Shown: positions 1 through 13,512, numbered from the stretch's first letter. The stretch: DNA of 64,000 nucleotides from Pristiophorus japonicus (GCF_044704955.1 NC_092008.1:11842001-11906000), one strand, 5' to 3'. A program made the numbers and translations. Notes: generated from the letters alone by a model not told the origin.

Positions 1-678
1 ACCTAGGGCGGTCTTCGGCCAGGGACTCCAGGTGTCAGTGGGGGTGTTGCACTTTATCAGGGACGCTTTGAGGGTGTCCTTGTAACGTTTCCACTGCCCA
101 CCTTTGGCTTGTTTTCCGTGAAGGTGCTCCGCATAGAGCGCTTGCTTTGGGAGTCTCATGTCAGGCATGCAAACAATGTGGTGTCCAGCAAAGCTGATCG
201 AGTGTAGTCAGTGCTTCGATGCTGGGGATGTTAGCCTGGACGAGGACGCTGATCTTGGGGATTCGCAGGAACTTGCAGAGACATCGTTGGTGATATATCT
301 CCATGTCTCTGTGCCATACAGGAGGGCGGGTAATACTACAGCCCTGTAGAGACCATGAGCTTGTTGGTAGATTTGAGGGCCTGGTCTTCGAACACTCTTT
401 TCCTCAGACGGCCAAAGGCAGCATTGGCGCACTGGAGGCAATGTTGAATCTCCGTGTCAATGTCTGCCTTTGTTGGTAAGAGGCTCCCACGGTATGGGAA
501 ATGGCTCATGTTGTCGAGGACCTGTCGTTGAGCTACAGTACGTGGATGATGCCTGCGACTGCGCACATTCTGAGGCTGAACTCCAGGATAAAGTCGATGT
601 ATTCCGAGGCATATAAAAGCATGGGCCTTATGCTTAACATCCGTAAGACAAAGGTCCTCCACCAGCCTGTCTCTCATG
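1..678 (-). mobile_element. RTE-clade LINE fragment (C-terminal reverse transcriptase region), degraded
   Basis: Minus-strand frames give ANAAFGRLRKRVF, YRAVVLPALLYGTETW and GGQWKRYKDTLKASL, motifs typical of RTE-clade ORF2; frameshifted. Confidence 0.8.
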
Positions 679-787
679 AGGGACTTTATCAAATGCCTTC
701 TGTAAATCCACATAATCAGCATCCAAAGACATTCGACTGTCCACTACTTTAGTCAATTCATCAAAAAATTCAATCAGTTTCGTCAGG
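679..787 (-). mobile_element. Small old CR1 RT fragment
   Basis: LIEFFDELTKVVD...YVDLQKAFDKVPH motif. Confidence 0.7.
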
Positions 788-795
788 CATAACAA

Positions 796-1171
796 AAACA
801 ACTTGTATTTATATAGCATTTTTAACGTAGTAGAGCGTCCCAAGGCACTGCACAGGAGCATTTTAAGGCAAAGACAATTGATATCGAGCCACATAAGGAG
901 AAATTAGTGAAAATGGCCAAAAGCTTCGTTGAAGAGGTCAATTTTAAGGAGCGTCTTAAAGGAGGAAAGAGAGGTATGGAGGTGGAGGGGTTTAGGCAGG
1001 GAATTCCAAGCTTGGGGTCTAGGCAATAGAAGGCACGACCACCAATGGTTGAGCAATTATCATCAGGGATGCAATAGGGCAGAATTAGAGGATTGCAGGT
1101 ATCACAGAGGGTTCTGGGGCTGGAGGAGATTACAGAGATAGGGAGGGGCTAGGCCATGGTGGGATTTGTAA
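796..1171 (-). mobile_element. L2-type LINE 3' end fragment
   Basis: aacaacttgtatttatatagc...cgtcccaaggc is the reverse complement of a typical L2 3' tail; purine-rich 3' region follows. Confidence 0.6.
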
Positions 1172-4100
1172 ATATAGAAACATAGAAACATAGAAAATAG
1201 GTGCAGGTTTCGGCCATTCGGCCCTTCGAGCCTGCACCACCATTCAATAAGATCATGGCTGATCATTCACCTCAGTACCCCTTTCCCGCTTTCTCTCCAT
1301 ACACCTTGATCCCTTTAGCCATAAGGGCCATATCTAACTCCCTCTTGAATATATGCAATGAAATGGCATCAACAACTCTCTGCAGTAGGGAATTCCACAG
1401 GTTAACAACTCTGTGAGTGAAGAAGTTTCTCCTCATCTCAGTCCTAAATGGCTTACCCCTTATCTTTAGACTGTGTCCCCTGGTTCTGGACTTCCCCAAT
1501 ATCGGGAACATTTTTCCTGCTTCTAACCTGTCCAATCCCGTCAGAATTTTATATGTTTCTATGAGATCCCCTCTCATCCTTCTAAACGCCAGTGAATACA
1601 GGCCCAGTCGATCCAGTCTCTCCTCATATGTCAGTCCTGCTATCCCGGGAATCAGTCCAGTGAACCTTTGCTGCACTCCCTCAATAGCAAGAACGTCCTT
1701 CCTCAGATTAGGAGACCAAAACTGAACACAATATTCCACATGAGGCCTCATCAAGGCCCTGTACAACTGCAGTAAGACCTCCCTGCTCCTATACTCAAAT
1801 CCCCTAGCTATGAAGGCGAACATTGCATTTGCCTTCTTCACCACCTGCTGTACCTGCATGCCAACTTTCAATGACTGATGTACCATGACACCCAGGTCTT
1901 GTTGCACCTCCCCTTTTCCTAATCTGCCGCCATTCAGATAATATTCTGCCTTCGTGTTTTTGTCACCAAAGTGGATAACCTCTCATTTATCCACATTATA
2001 CTGCATCTGCCATGTATTTGCCCACTCACCTAACCTGTCCAAGTCACGCTGCAGCCTCTTAACATCCTCCTCACAGCTCACACCACCACCCAGCTTAGTG
2101 TCATCTGCAAACTTGGAGATATTACACTCAATTCCTTCATGTAAACCATTAATCTATATTGTAAATAGCTGGGTTCCCAGCACTGAGCCCTGCAGCACCC
2201 CACTAGTCACTGCCTGCCATTCTGAAAAGGACCCGTCATCCTGACTCTCTGCATCCTGTCTGCCAACCAGTTCTCTATCCACATCAGAACATTACCCCCA
2301 ATACCATGTGCTTTAATTTTGCACACCAATCTCTAGTGTGGGACCTTGTCAAACGCCTTTTGAAAGTCCAAATGCACCACATCCACTGGTTCCCCCTTGT
2401 CCACCCTGCTAGTTACATCCTCAAAAGATTCTAGAAGATTTGGCAAGCATGATTTCCCTTTTATAAATCCATGCTGACTTGGACCGATCCTGTCACTGCT
2501 TTCCAAATGCGCTGCTATTTCATCTTTATTAATTGATTCCAACATTTTCCCCACTACTGATGTCAGGTGAACCAGTCTGTAATTCCCCATTTTCTCTCTC
2601 CCTCCTTTTTTTAAAAGTGGTTTTACATTAGCTACCCTCCAGTCCATAGGAACTGATCCAGAGTCGATAGACTGTTGGAAAATGATCACCAGTGCATCCA
2701 CTATTTCTAGGGCCACTTCCTTAAGTACTCTGGGATGCAGACTATCAGGCCCTGGGGATTTATCGGCCTTCAATCCCATCAATTTCCCCAACACAGTTTC
2801 ACTCCTAATAAGGATTTCCTTCAGTTCCTCCGTCTCACAAGACCCTCGGTCCCCTAGTATTACTGGAAGGTTATTTGTGTCTTCCTTAGTGTAGACAGAA
2901 CCAAAGTATTTGTTCAACTGGTCTGCCATTTCTTTGTTCCCCATTATAAATTCACCTGTATCTGACTGCAAGGGACCTACGTTTGTCTTCACTAATCTTT
3001 TTATCTTCACATATCTATAGAAGCTTTTGCAGTCAGTTTTTATGTTCCCAGCAAGATTCCTCTCGTACTCTATTTTCCCCTTCCTAATTAAACCCTTTAT
3101 CCTCCTCTGCTGAATTCTAAAATTCTCCAGTCCTCAGGTTTGCTGCCTTTTCTGGCCAGTTTATATGCATCTTCCTTGGATTTTGCACTATCCTTAATTT
3201 CCCTTGTTAGCCATGGTTGAGCCACCTTCTCCGTTTTATTTTTACTCAAGACAGGGAGGTACAATTGTTGAAGTTCATCCATGTGATCTTTAAATGTTTG
3301 CCATTGTCTATCTGCTATCAACCCTTTATGTATCATTCGCCAGTCTAGTCTCCCAATTCATGTCTCATATCATCGAAGTTACCGTTCCTTATGTTCAGGA
3401 CCCTAGTCTCTGAATTAACTGTGTCAATCTCCATCTTAATAAAGAATTCTACCATATTATGGTTATCTTCCAAGGTGCCTCGTACAACAAGATTGCTAAT
3501 TAGTCCTTTCTCATTACACATCGCCCAGTCCAGGATGGCCAGCCCTCTAGTTGGTTCCTCGACATATTGGTCTCGAAAACCATCCCTAATACACTCCAGG
3601 AAATCCTCTTCCACCGTATTGCTACCAGTTTGGTTAGCCTAATCTATATGTAGATTAAATTCGCCCATGATAACTGCTGTACCTTTATTGCACGCATCCT
3701 TAATTTCTTGTTTGCTGCGGTCCCCAACCTCACTACTACTGTTTAGTGGTCTGTACACAACTCTCACTAGCGTTTTCTGCCCTTTGGTACTCCGCAGCGC
3801 CACCCATACCGATTCCACATCATCCAAGCTAATGTCCTGACTTACTATTGTGTTAATTTCCTCTTTAACCAGCAACGCTACCCCACCTCCTTTTCCCTTT
3901 CTGTCTATCCTTGCTGAATGTAGAATACCCCTGGATGTTGAGTATCCAGCCTTGGTCACCCTTGAGCCATGTCTCCGTAATCCCAATTATATCATATTCA
4001 TTAATTGCTGTTTGTGCAATTAATTCGTCCACCTTATTACGAATACTCCTCGCATTGAGGCACAGAGCTTTCAGGCTTGTCTTTTTAAGACATTTTTCCT

Positions 4101-4420
4101 CTTTAGAATTTTGCTGTAATGTGGCTCATTTTGATTTGTGCCTTGGTTTTATCTGCCCTCCACTTTTACTTTTCTTCTTTCTATCTTTTGCTTCTGCCCC
4201 CATTCTACTTCCCTCTGTCTCCCTGCATAGGTTCCCATCCCCCTGTCATATTAGTTTAACCGCCCCCCCCCCCCAACAGCACTAGCAAACACTCCCCCTA
4301 GGACATTGGTTCTGGTCCTGCCCAGGTGCAGACTGTCTGGTTTGTACTGGTCCCACCTCCCCCAGAACCGGTTCCAATGTCCCAGGAATTTGAATCCCTC
4401 CCTTCTGCACCACTCTTCAA
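1172..4420 (-). mobile_element. CR1 LINE, 5'-truncated within ORF1; disrupted ORF2 (endonuclease + RT)
   Basis: (TTTCTATG)n tail at 1174-1197; ORF fragments VYRP..VIMGEFN (APE endonuclease), LDFQKAFDKVPH, HVEYCVQFWSP, RRMRGDLIETYKI; ORF1 end EEWCRREGFKFLGHW. Confidence 0.95.
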
Positions 4421-5584
4421 ACGGGAAAGACTTGAGGTGATGATGGAAATTTTCTTTCATCAGGTAGTTCCTGAAGTGATGGTGGGCCTTCTTCACCAGA
4501 AAGACTTTGATGTGATGCTGGCTCTGTTTTTAAATGTGCAGTTAAGATGTCCACCAGGAAGTGAAGTTCGGATGTCAGAGTTTGTATTGAATGGATTCAC
4601 TATAGCAGAAGGTTTGCCTCATTGACACGATGAGCTCGGATAGGACATGAGGGGAAATATTTGAAAACCTAGCGAAGGATCATAATTCAGAGCGAGAGCA
4701 GGAGATGTTTTCCTTGGTGGGGATGGGGAAGGAGATGAGCCAAAACCAGGTGAATAGATAATTTCAGTATAGTGACAAATAATTCCATCAGTTCCTCAGA
4801 GTTGATCTTGGAGGTGTATGTAGCAGGGACAGGGCAGAGTTGTTTAACAATATGGTTGTTAGTTTTGAAAGGAAGCCGGGGTCTATGTTTGCTTTCAATG
4901 ATAATATTGGATATTGGATCTGCTTAGGTGAAAGAAGCACGATCTGACAGGCCTGTATTTGAAGAGCCAGCTTCGACATTAAATGAGTAAACCAGGTGTG
5001 GGCCAGATTCGATTAAATAGTGGCCTTGGACCTATGGGAGCTACAATGGGACCCATTCCTGAGGAAATGACCAGTGTAGGAGAGGGTAAGAGTTTTACCA
5101 GGGACAAGGACATCAACACCGCCAGTGAGTGAGTGTGTAGCTGATCCACAGCTGCAGAACTACCTTTAGTCAGACTGCAGTGCCTAAAAGTCATAAGTGA
5201 ATTGTGGAGAGATTTTTCACGTGCGTAGATGCAGCTAGAAGTGGTCTTGGAATGCAATAGGGGTTGTGGATGGTGATCGATTCACAAAGCTGTCGGAGAT
5301 GGCCTTTTATGTGACCGCAAAAAGTGAGCCGACTGAGTTGGCAAGGTTGAAGAATTCAAGTTGACAATCAGTGTGCTCAGACTGTTGATTTAACATTTTT
5401 GTTCTTGCTCATTACTATAGTACTTTTACAACAATGGGTCATTCTACTCTACATCCATAAGTGTATTTAGTGGTGCGAGGGGTGTTGGTTTGAAAGAGGT
5501 TAACTGAATGTGTTTGTTCATTGACTGTAATTGATATCAGACCCCATAGATTAATTAAATGTGTTTGTTCGGTGTCTGTAATAA

Positions 5585-8500
5585 ATGTACCTCTCCATGG
5601 ACCATAATTGTATCACTGGAGAGGTTATCTCTTCTATTAATACGGTAAACATCGCAATGTGTTGTAGCACAGTCTCACAGAAAGCATCAACTGCGGCACT
5701 CACAGGGATCAGCGGCTCTACCGAGAAGAGAAGAATGTATTTAAGAATCAGTGACTTCACAATAATAGGGTTCGTTTTTGAGATACAAAGGATATACTAC
5801 CCCATTCTGGCTGTGGTCGGAGTCCCTGGTAAGTCACTGTGCCCAGCTACTCATGTTGCAGATCATGTTTAACTGTGTGGCTGCATTATCTCATTGAGGT
5901 CACCATATCCAGAAATTAATTGACACCACATGTTCTCTCTGGATGTGGGGCTGACAATGCTCCGTGATTCCCGAATATGACTGTGTCACATTCACCCGTT
6001 GACTGATCTGAGTGCAGTGAATAGCAAACATAACCTTTTGATCTTTACTCCATGTGATAGGGTCTGATAGAGAACTGACGCGTTTGTTAATTTCCAGCAC
6101 AAGCAATCTCACTGGATGATTCTCTTAGAGTCTGTGTCTGTAGAGCGCATTCTATTCAATCGGACAGATGTGTTCATGGGTTTCCAGAATCGATCACCGT
6201 GCACTGGGAACAGTGAATTATACCAAGTGGGGAAACCAGTTGTGGCAGAAGGCTCAGAAGCACACCGTGAATGTTCGATAATGTCCATCTTGATCCAGAT
6301 CCAGTCTGATGACCCCCTTTGTACAATCACTTTCCCAGTATAAGTCAGTGTTCTGGGAGGTTAGGATGAGATTACACACTCATTCGTGATTGAATGTGTC
6401 TCCCGTTATAGATCAATGGATTGATTTCCAATCTTATCTGTGAAGAAGGAATCCCCACCCCATGTCCATCAAGCACAGTTCAGGAGAATCTCTCAATGAG
6501 ATCTCTTCTGACTCTGCCCCATCTCTTGCTCTGCTTCCATGCAACTGATTCTTGTTGATTGGCAGGGAGTACAATGAATGGTGAGATCACTTTATTGATG
6601 CAAATTCACCACGTCAATTGGAGTTCCATCAAATCTCAACCACAGATACAGAACTCTGGGTTAGCGCTGATGTAGTTGGGTACGGATATTTAATTAAATC
6701 TCAACCACCGATATAGAATTCCGGGTAAACAAATCATCTAATTGGATGCAGAGATTTTAGCACACCACAAGGTGGTTAATTTAATCTATGTTATATTAAA
6801 CACATTCACAAAAATGTTCACAGAGCAGCAGACAGTTTGAACTTTGCGCCACCTTTCAAATCGAGCGCTTAAAATCAGATGCCCGTTATTCACCACCGCC
6901 CATTGCCTTCACATTAATGCAGAGTGTATAAGGCTGGACTGGTTCCACATTGCCCATTTTACACCAGCACAGATAGATATAAACAGACAGAGCATTTGGC
7001 TAGAGAAGGAAACGTCAGGTGCGAGCCAACCTCAAAACAGGACTGGTGATAGTATTAGAACATTTATAGTCGAGATTATGTGGAACCATTTGGAGTATCG
7101 GTGAGTTGAAAGTCGTCTAAAATGTTATTTAATAATGTGTTATTTTCACTGGATGTAAAATTTCAGATTTAAGTGCATGTAGAAGCATTGCTCTGTTTTA
7201 TTACATGCTTTCACATCAGATTAATATGTTAAATATTTTTACCTTCCAAACATTAAACCATATCTTTGTGTGCCGTGATAGCGTGTAAGAATGCCTTAAG
7301 CATTCGGCTCAGAGGGAATTACAGCCCAGTTTACACACAATATCCAAACTCGCTTTGTTCCTGTATATTTTGCTCAGGCTCTTCGGGTCTATCTCAAGGG
7401 TCAATGACTCATCTCCGCCGGTCACTGACTTACTGTCCCCTGGTTACTGACTCACTCTCCCTGGTTACTGATTCACTCTCCCCCAGTCACTGACTCACTC
7501 TCACCGGACGCACTCCTGTAATTTCAGCCGGGGTTCTCCGAATCATCCGCTGTATTACGGCCCATAATGACCCATCCAGACATTTCAGGCACAGTCCAAT
7601 TGCCCAAACTAACTCCTGATTGGCTGCAGACTGGGAACAGAATCCCAGAAGGTCGATGATCGATGCAGCAGCAGGCAATGATTGAACAAACCTGGAGATG
7701 AGGGCTAATGCAACTTCAGTATTGATCTTCTGATTAGATGGCACATTACTCTTGCAATATTAAATCCCATTCCCGGGTTCAGTTTAACAATCATTGCTGA
7801 TTAGTGAGTTGCGCAGTTTGCATTGTACATCCTCTCTCCAGCAGAAAGCCCTTTCTCAGGAACATTATTAAATTCCATCACTGGAAGCAGTAATACATGT
7901 AGAAATGTTACCCCAATCCCATCAACCTGCTGAATTCACTTTCGTCCTGTTTTGTTAATTTCCTGTTGATTATCGTTCCTCACAGCTAACTCAACGACGA
8001 TTGTGATCCTGTCTCGGGGAAAGTGCGGTCTCTCCAAATGTGTCACTCGCTACTTGGTGGCCATGGCAGCGGCGGATCTACTGGTCGTTATCACTGACCT
8101 GATATTGAGGCAAATTCCAATTGCTCATCGTTTGCATTTTGTGCGGGGAATCCCCGTGTGCAATATCCACGCTGTCTTGCTTTTTGCAGCCACAGACTGT
8201 TCTGTCTGGTTCACAGTCACTTTCACCTTTGATCGATTCGTGGCAGTTTGTTGCCAGAAGCTGAAAACGAAATATTGCACTGAGAACACCGCGGCTCTGG
8301 TTCTTGGAACAGTCACTGTGTTAAGCTGTTTAACGAATATTTTCTGGTACTTTATGTATTTACCTTGGTACTCGTTTACCAATACCCCCTGGTTCTGTTC
8401 CGTGAGTGTCCTTGTTATGGTTTCACATTTGTGGTCAACACTCGAGATTCTTCATTCTATTCTAACCCCTTGCATCCCATTCGTTCTGATTCTGCTACTC

Positions 8501-8881
8501 AATGCTTTAACCATCAGATACATTTTAGTGGCCAGCAGAGCCCGCAGGAGACTCCGGAATCACAGCAGCGAGGGTATTCCCAGTGACATAGAGATGGAGA
8601 GACGAAGGAAATCCATCATTTTACTGCTCATTATTTCAGGGAATTTCATTCTGTTATGGGCTGTGTTTATGTTGTTTTCTATTTGGAACCGGTTGTTGTA
8701 TTTAGGTTATGATACTATACACCTACCTTCTTACATGAAAGAAATAGGATTTATGCTCCAGCTCCTGAGTTGCTGCACAAACACTTGTATTTATGCCGTG
8801 ACCCAGAAAAAGTTCAGAGAGCAGTTGAAGAACGTGGTGAAACGTCCGTTTCTCCGAATTGTTAAAATCATTAAATGGTGA
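5585..8881 (+). CDS. Class A orphan GPCR, GPR139/GPR142-like; two coding exons 5585-5828 and 7986-8881 (379 aa)
   Basis: Exon 1 ends IYYPILAVVGVP-G|gtaag (5829); acceptor polypyrimidine-cacag| at 7985; phase-1 join gives VGVPANSTTIVILSRGKCGLSKCVTRYLVAMAAADLL; TFDRFVAVC (DRY-like), seven hydrophobic segments, CCTNTCIY in TM7, TGA at 8879-8881. Start codon is uncertain (ATG at 5585, 5597 or 5735). Confidence 0.9.
7420..7505 (+). repeat. Intronic minisatellite, ~4 copies of ~21-22 bp (GGT[CT]ACTGACTCACTCTCCC)
   Basis: Directly visible tandem units. Confidence 0.75.
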
Positions 8882-9229
8882 GAGTGAATGTAGAAGATGC
8901 AGCATCAGAAATCAACATGATGTACGCAAAGGAGCGAAGCAGAAGAAGGGCATGGTGAATATCCATGGTTTCTCATGTAGAAAACAAAATTAACTCAATA
9001 TAGATGACATTGCAGCAGAAAGGAAACGTTAGCTGATGTGGGGACGTCGAGGTTTAACACAATCACATATTACACAGACGTAGTTAGCACGGGTTGACAG
9101 AATAGTATCACATTACGAGGACATAATTAACCTCATAAAATACACAACACACCCGAACCTTTCAGAGATTTCGATCTCGATAGCATGAATATTCAAGAGA
9201 TAAAGTTCGGACAGGCGCTGAAATAGTTA

Positions 9230-10100
9230 GTAGGATTACATAGCACACAAGCAGGTAATTCGGGCCATCGTGCATTTGCCAGCTGTTTGAAAGAAATATA
9301 CAATTAGTCACACTCAGCTGGTCTTGCCCCATTGTTTTGATAATTTTACCGATCAAATATTTATCCAATTCCTTCGTGACTGTTAATACCGAAGCCGGAT
9401 TATCCACACTTTCAGTCTCGTCATTCACGATAATAATTCGAGGTGTACCAAAAACCCCTCATTTGCCCACTAGATTTCTTGTCAAAAATTTAAATCTGTG
9501 TCCGTTGATTACCAAGCTCCAGCCAGTGGAAACAATTTTCCTATAACTACTCTGCCGACACCGTTCATGATTGAATCTACCCAAACCTTCTCGGATCTGT
9601 GAAGTAACCGGTACCCGAATTCCTACAGCCTCTTTTAAATTGTACCATTTAGTTTATATTACTTCTCCTCATTTGTACCTACAATATGTTTCACTGTGCA
9701 ATTCTCTGCTTTAAATGTCCACTGCCTTGTTTCTGTTGAAGTCACTGGCCTGACTATGTCCTGCTGACTTCTGGTACGTTCCTCTACATTCGCAACTTTG
9801 TGACATTTGCAAACTTTGATATTATGTCCTGAGTACTCAATTCCAGGACATTAATAATTATCCTGATGGAGCAATGGTCCCAACAGCGCCACCTGGCTGA
9901 TACCATCGGGTACTTATCCGCTGTCCAAATAACAAAAGTTCGCCACGACTCTCTGCTTTCTGTCACTCGGCGGATTTCGAATCTATGCAGCCACTGTCCA
10001 TTTAATACTATGGGCTTGAATATTGCCAGCAAATCTGCTATGCGATACTTCATCAAGTGCCTTTTGAAAATTCGTCAAGTTAGTCAAGCACGATTTTCCT
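9230..10100 (-). mobile_element. Ancient, highly degraded CR1 fragment
   Basis: Residual ISKFANVTKL (ISKFADDTKL) motif and decayed CR1 3' region. Confidence 0.55.
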
Positions 10101-10614
10101 TTGACAAATTAGAAGAGCATGAGCAGTTAAGACCACAAATTTACAACACCAGATGAATTCTTTGCAGGTGAAGAACTTTAAGTATCACTCGCAAGGACAC
10201 TGCAATTAAAGAGTTGTATAAATTATTTGACAAATAAAGTGCATTAATGTGACGCCTCAATCCTGAAATTTGGGTGAAGCGTAAGTATGATTGACTATCC
10301 CATAGACCGAGCATAATTGCCGACCGTGGGAATAATTAAGTCTTTCATTGTCTGATTTGTTGACGACCATCTCTAGTCAGACAGTCCCATATAGAGCAGA
10401 TTCTGGAACATGGAGTATCTGGACGAATATATAGATGCACATTCGACGTAGCATGGTGGTATAACTATGAGGGTTAGTAATCTCACGGGAAATAGATCCA
10501 TGATTGAGTTAGACTGGATCCTGGGTACCGGAAAAACCAAAGTTCCTGTGTTACAAAGGATGGTTTTCAAGCCTGAGATTCTATCCAAATCTAATTAGCA
10601 TCACAAAAAGGAGA

Positions 10615-11808
10615 GCAGCGCCGGAGAGGCGAGCGTGTGGAGGCCTATAAACGCCAGCTGGTGGAGCTGCAGCAGGGTGACAAGGCAAAAAAGAAGTCGA
10701 AAGACATCGAAGGGTGACGTCACAGCCAAGGGGGTAAGTGATTGGCTGGAGATTGGTAAGTAGATTTTCTTTTTCTTTTCTTTATCAGTAATTAACCTAT
10801 AGCATTGTTCTTGCCAATTTAGGTTTATCTAAGTGTTAAGTAATGGCAGGACAGCTCGGACACGTGTTATGCTCCTCCTGTACTATGTGGGAGGTCAGGG
10901 ACGCTTCCGGTGTCCCTGACGACGACATGTGCGGGAAATGCATCAGCCTGCAGCTCCTGATGGACCGCATTGCGGAATGGAGCTGCGGGTTGATGAACTC
11001 TGGAGCATCCACGATGCTGAGAATGACGTGAATAGCACGTTTAGTGAGTTGGTCTGACCGCAGATAAAGGGTACACAGCCAGATACGGAATTGCTGACCA
11101 ACAGGAAGAGCAGTGTAAGGAAGGAAGTGCAGGGGTCCCCTGCGGTCATCCCCCTGCAAAACAGATGCACCGCTTTGGGTACTGTTGAGGGGGATGACTC
11201 ATCAGGGGAGGGCAGCAGCAGCCAAGTTCATGGCACCGTGGGTGGCTCTGCTGCACAGGAGGGCAGGAAAAAAGTGGGGGAGCTGTAGTGATAGAGCATT
11301 CATTTGTAAGGGGAATAGATAGTCATTTCTGCGGCCGCAACCGAGACTGCAGGATGGTATGTTGCCTCCCTGGTGCAAGGGTCAAGGATGTCTCAGAGCG
11401 GGTGCAGGGCATTCTGAAAAGGGATTGTGAACAGCCAGTTGTTGTGATGCATATAGGTACCAGAGATATAGGTAAAAAATGGGATGAGGTTCTACAAGAC
11501 GAATTTATGGAGCTAGTAGCTAAATTAAAAAGTAGGACCTCAAAAGTAGTAATCTCAGGATTGCTACCAGTGCCACGTGCTAGTCAGAGCAGGAATAGCA
11601 GGATAGCTCAGATGAATACGTGGCTTGAGGAGTGGTGCATAAGGGAGGGATTCAAATTCCTGGGACATTGGAACGGGTTCTGGGGGAGATGGGACCAATG
11701 CAAACCGGTCTGCACCTGGGCAGGGCCAGAACCAATGTCTTACGGGGAGTGTTTGCTAGTACTCTTCGGGAGGAGTTAAACTGATATGGCAGGGGGATGG
11801 GAACCTAA
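10615..11808 (+). mobile_element. CR1 LINE 5' half: 5' UTR + disrupted ORF1 (zinc finger + SGNH esterase), ORF2 absent
   Basis: MAGQLGHVLCSSCTMWEV...CGKC; VCCLPGARVKDVSER, HIGT.D, KVVISGLLPVPRAS, NTWLEEWC. Confidence 0.9.
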
Positions 11809-11810
11809 GG

Positions 11811-12990
11811 TATGAATTCATCTGAGATATCTAGCGATTCCTGCTCTAACTAGCATGTGGCACTGGTAGCAATCCTGAGATTACTACCTTTGAGATCCTA
11901 CTTTTTAATTGAACTCCTAGCTCCCTAAATTCCGCATGTAGGGCCTCATCCCGTTTTTCACATATATCGTTGGTACCTATATGCACCACAACAACTGGCT
12001 GTTCACCCTCCCCCTCCAAAATGTCCTGCAGCCGCTCCGAGACATCTTTGACCCTTGCACCAGGGAGGCAACATACCATCCTGGAGTTTCGATTGCGGCC
12101 TCAGAAACGCCTATATATTTCCCTTACAATAGAATCCCCTATCACTATCGCTCTCCCACTCTTTTTCCTGCCCTCCTGTGCAGCAGAACCACCCACAGTG
12201 CCATGATCTTGGCTGTTGCTGCCCTCCCCTGATGAGTCATCCCACCCAACAGCATCCAAAACGGTGTATCTGTTTCGGAGGGGGATGACCGCAGGGGACC
12301 CCTGCACTACCTTCCTTCCACTGCTCTTCCTATTGGTCATCCATCCCCTATCTGTCTGTGTAACCTTTACCTGCAGTATGAACAACTCACTAACTGTGCT
12401 ATTCACGTAATCCTCAACATCACGGATGCTCCAGAGTGAATCCATCCACAGCTCCAGTGCCGAGATGCAGCAGGATCCACTTCCCGCACATGTAGTCGTC
12501 AGGGACACTGGAACCATCCCTGAGTTTCCACGTAGCACAGGAGGAACATGGCGCGTGTCTGAGCTCTCCTGCCATGACTGAACTCCTAGATTAACTTAAT
12601 TTGGCAACAACAATGATAAAGGTTACCTACTGATAAAGAAAAGAAAAATAAAAACTGCTCACCAATCACCAGCCAATCACTTAACCGCTTGTCTGTGACA
12701 TCACCCTTCGATTTCTTTCTATTTCTTTTTTGCCTTCTCACACTGCTGCAGCTGCACCCGCTGGCCTCCTCGACGAACTCCCGCTGCTCCGACTGATGGG
12801 CCTTTTATAGGCCTCCTCGACGGTCTGCTCTGCCTCTCGACACACCACTAGCCTCACGACGACTGTTGGGCCTTTTATAGGCCTCCTCGACGGTCTGCTC
12901 TGCCTCTCGACACACCACTAGCCTCACGACGACTGTTGGGCCTTTTATAGGCCGCCTTGACGTCCCGCTCCACCTTCTGCCTGACCGCTG
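11811..12990 (-). mobile_element. CR1 LINE 5' half in opposite orientation (5' UTR with tandem monomers + partial ORF1)
   Basis: VIGDSIVR, VCCLPGARVKDVSERL, HIGTND, VVISGLLPVPHAS on the minus strand; homologous to 10660-11620. Confidence 0.9.
12798..12953 (-). repeat. 70-bp tandem repeat (~2.2 copies) in the CR1 5' UTR
   Basis: gggccttttataggcc recurs at 12798, 12868 and 12938 with identical intervening sequence. Confidence 0.9.
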
Positions 12991-13512
12991 GATGAGAATT
13001 TTGAAATCGAGACATTGCTTGACCGGGAGCCTATGTAGGTCAGCGAGCACAGGAGTGATCGGTGAGCGTGACTTGGTGTGAGTTAGGACTCGTGCAGCCG
13101 AGTTTTGGATCACCTCTAGTTTATATAGGGTAGAACGTGGGAGGCCTGCCAGGGGTGCATTGGAATAGTCAAGGCTACTCTTATCAAAGGCATGGATGAG
13201 GATTTCAGCAATGGCTTAGTGAAATAGGAGTAGAGATGGGCAGTGGTACTGATGTGGAAATATGCGGTCTTATTATGCTGTGTAAGTCAAGAAGTACGAA
13301 GAGGGTTAGTTTACCTTTGTCGCAGTCAGAAAGGATGCGATATATGACTTTGATGAGCGCCCTTTCGGTACTCTGGCAGGGGCCTAACCCTGATTGGAGG
13401 GATTCAAATGTAGAGATGCATGAAAGATGTGCACGGATTTGAGACGTGACAACACGTTCAAGGACATTGGGGAGGAACGGGAGGTTGGAAATTGGGCGAT
13501 AGTTTGCAAGAT
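12991..13512 (-). mobile_element. L2-clade LINE RT fragment with internal deletion
   Basis: NYRPISNLPFL...LQSG.RPC.STE.ALIKV and IQNSAARVLTHTKSRSPITPVLADLH.LPV. Confidence 0.85.

Noticed and set aside
4421-5400. Short ORFs upstream of the GPCR as extra exons or genes
   Set aside because: No recognisable domain; probably decayed repeat sequence that I cannot assign
6631-6760. Two degenerate ~65-bp direct repeats in the GPCR intron
   Set aside because: Only two diverged copies; an ordinary local duplication
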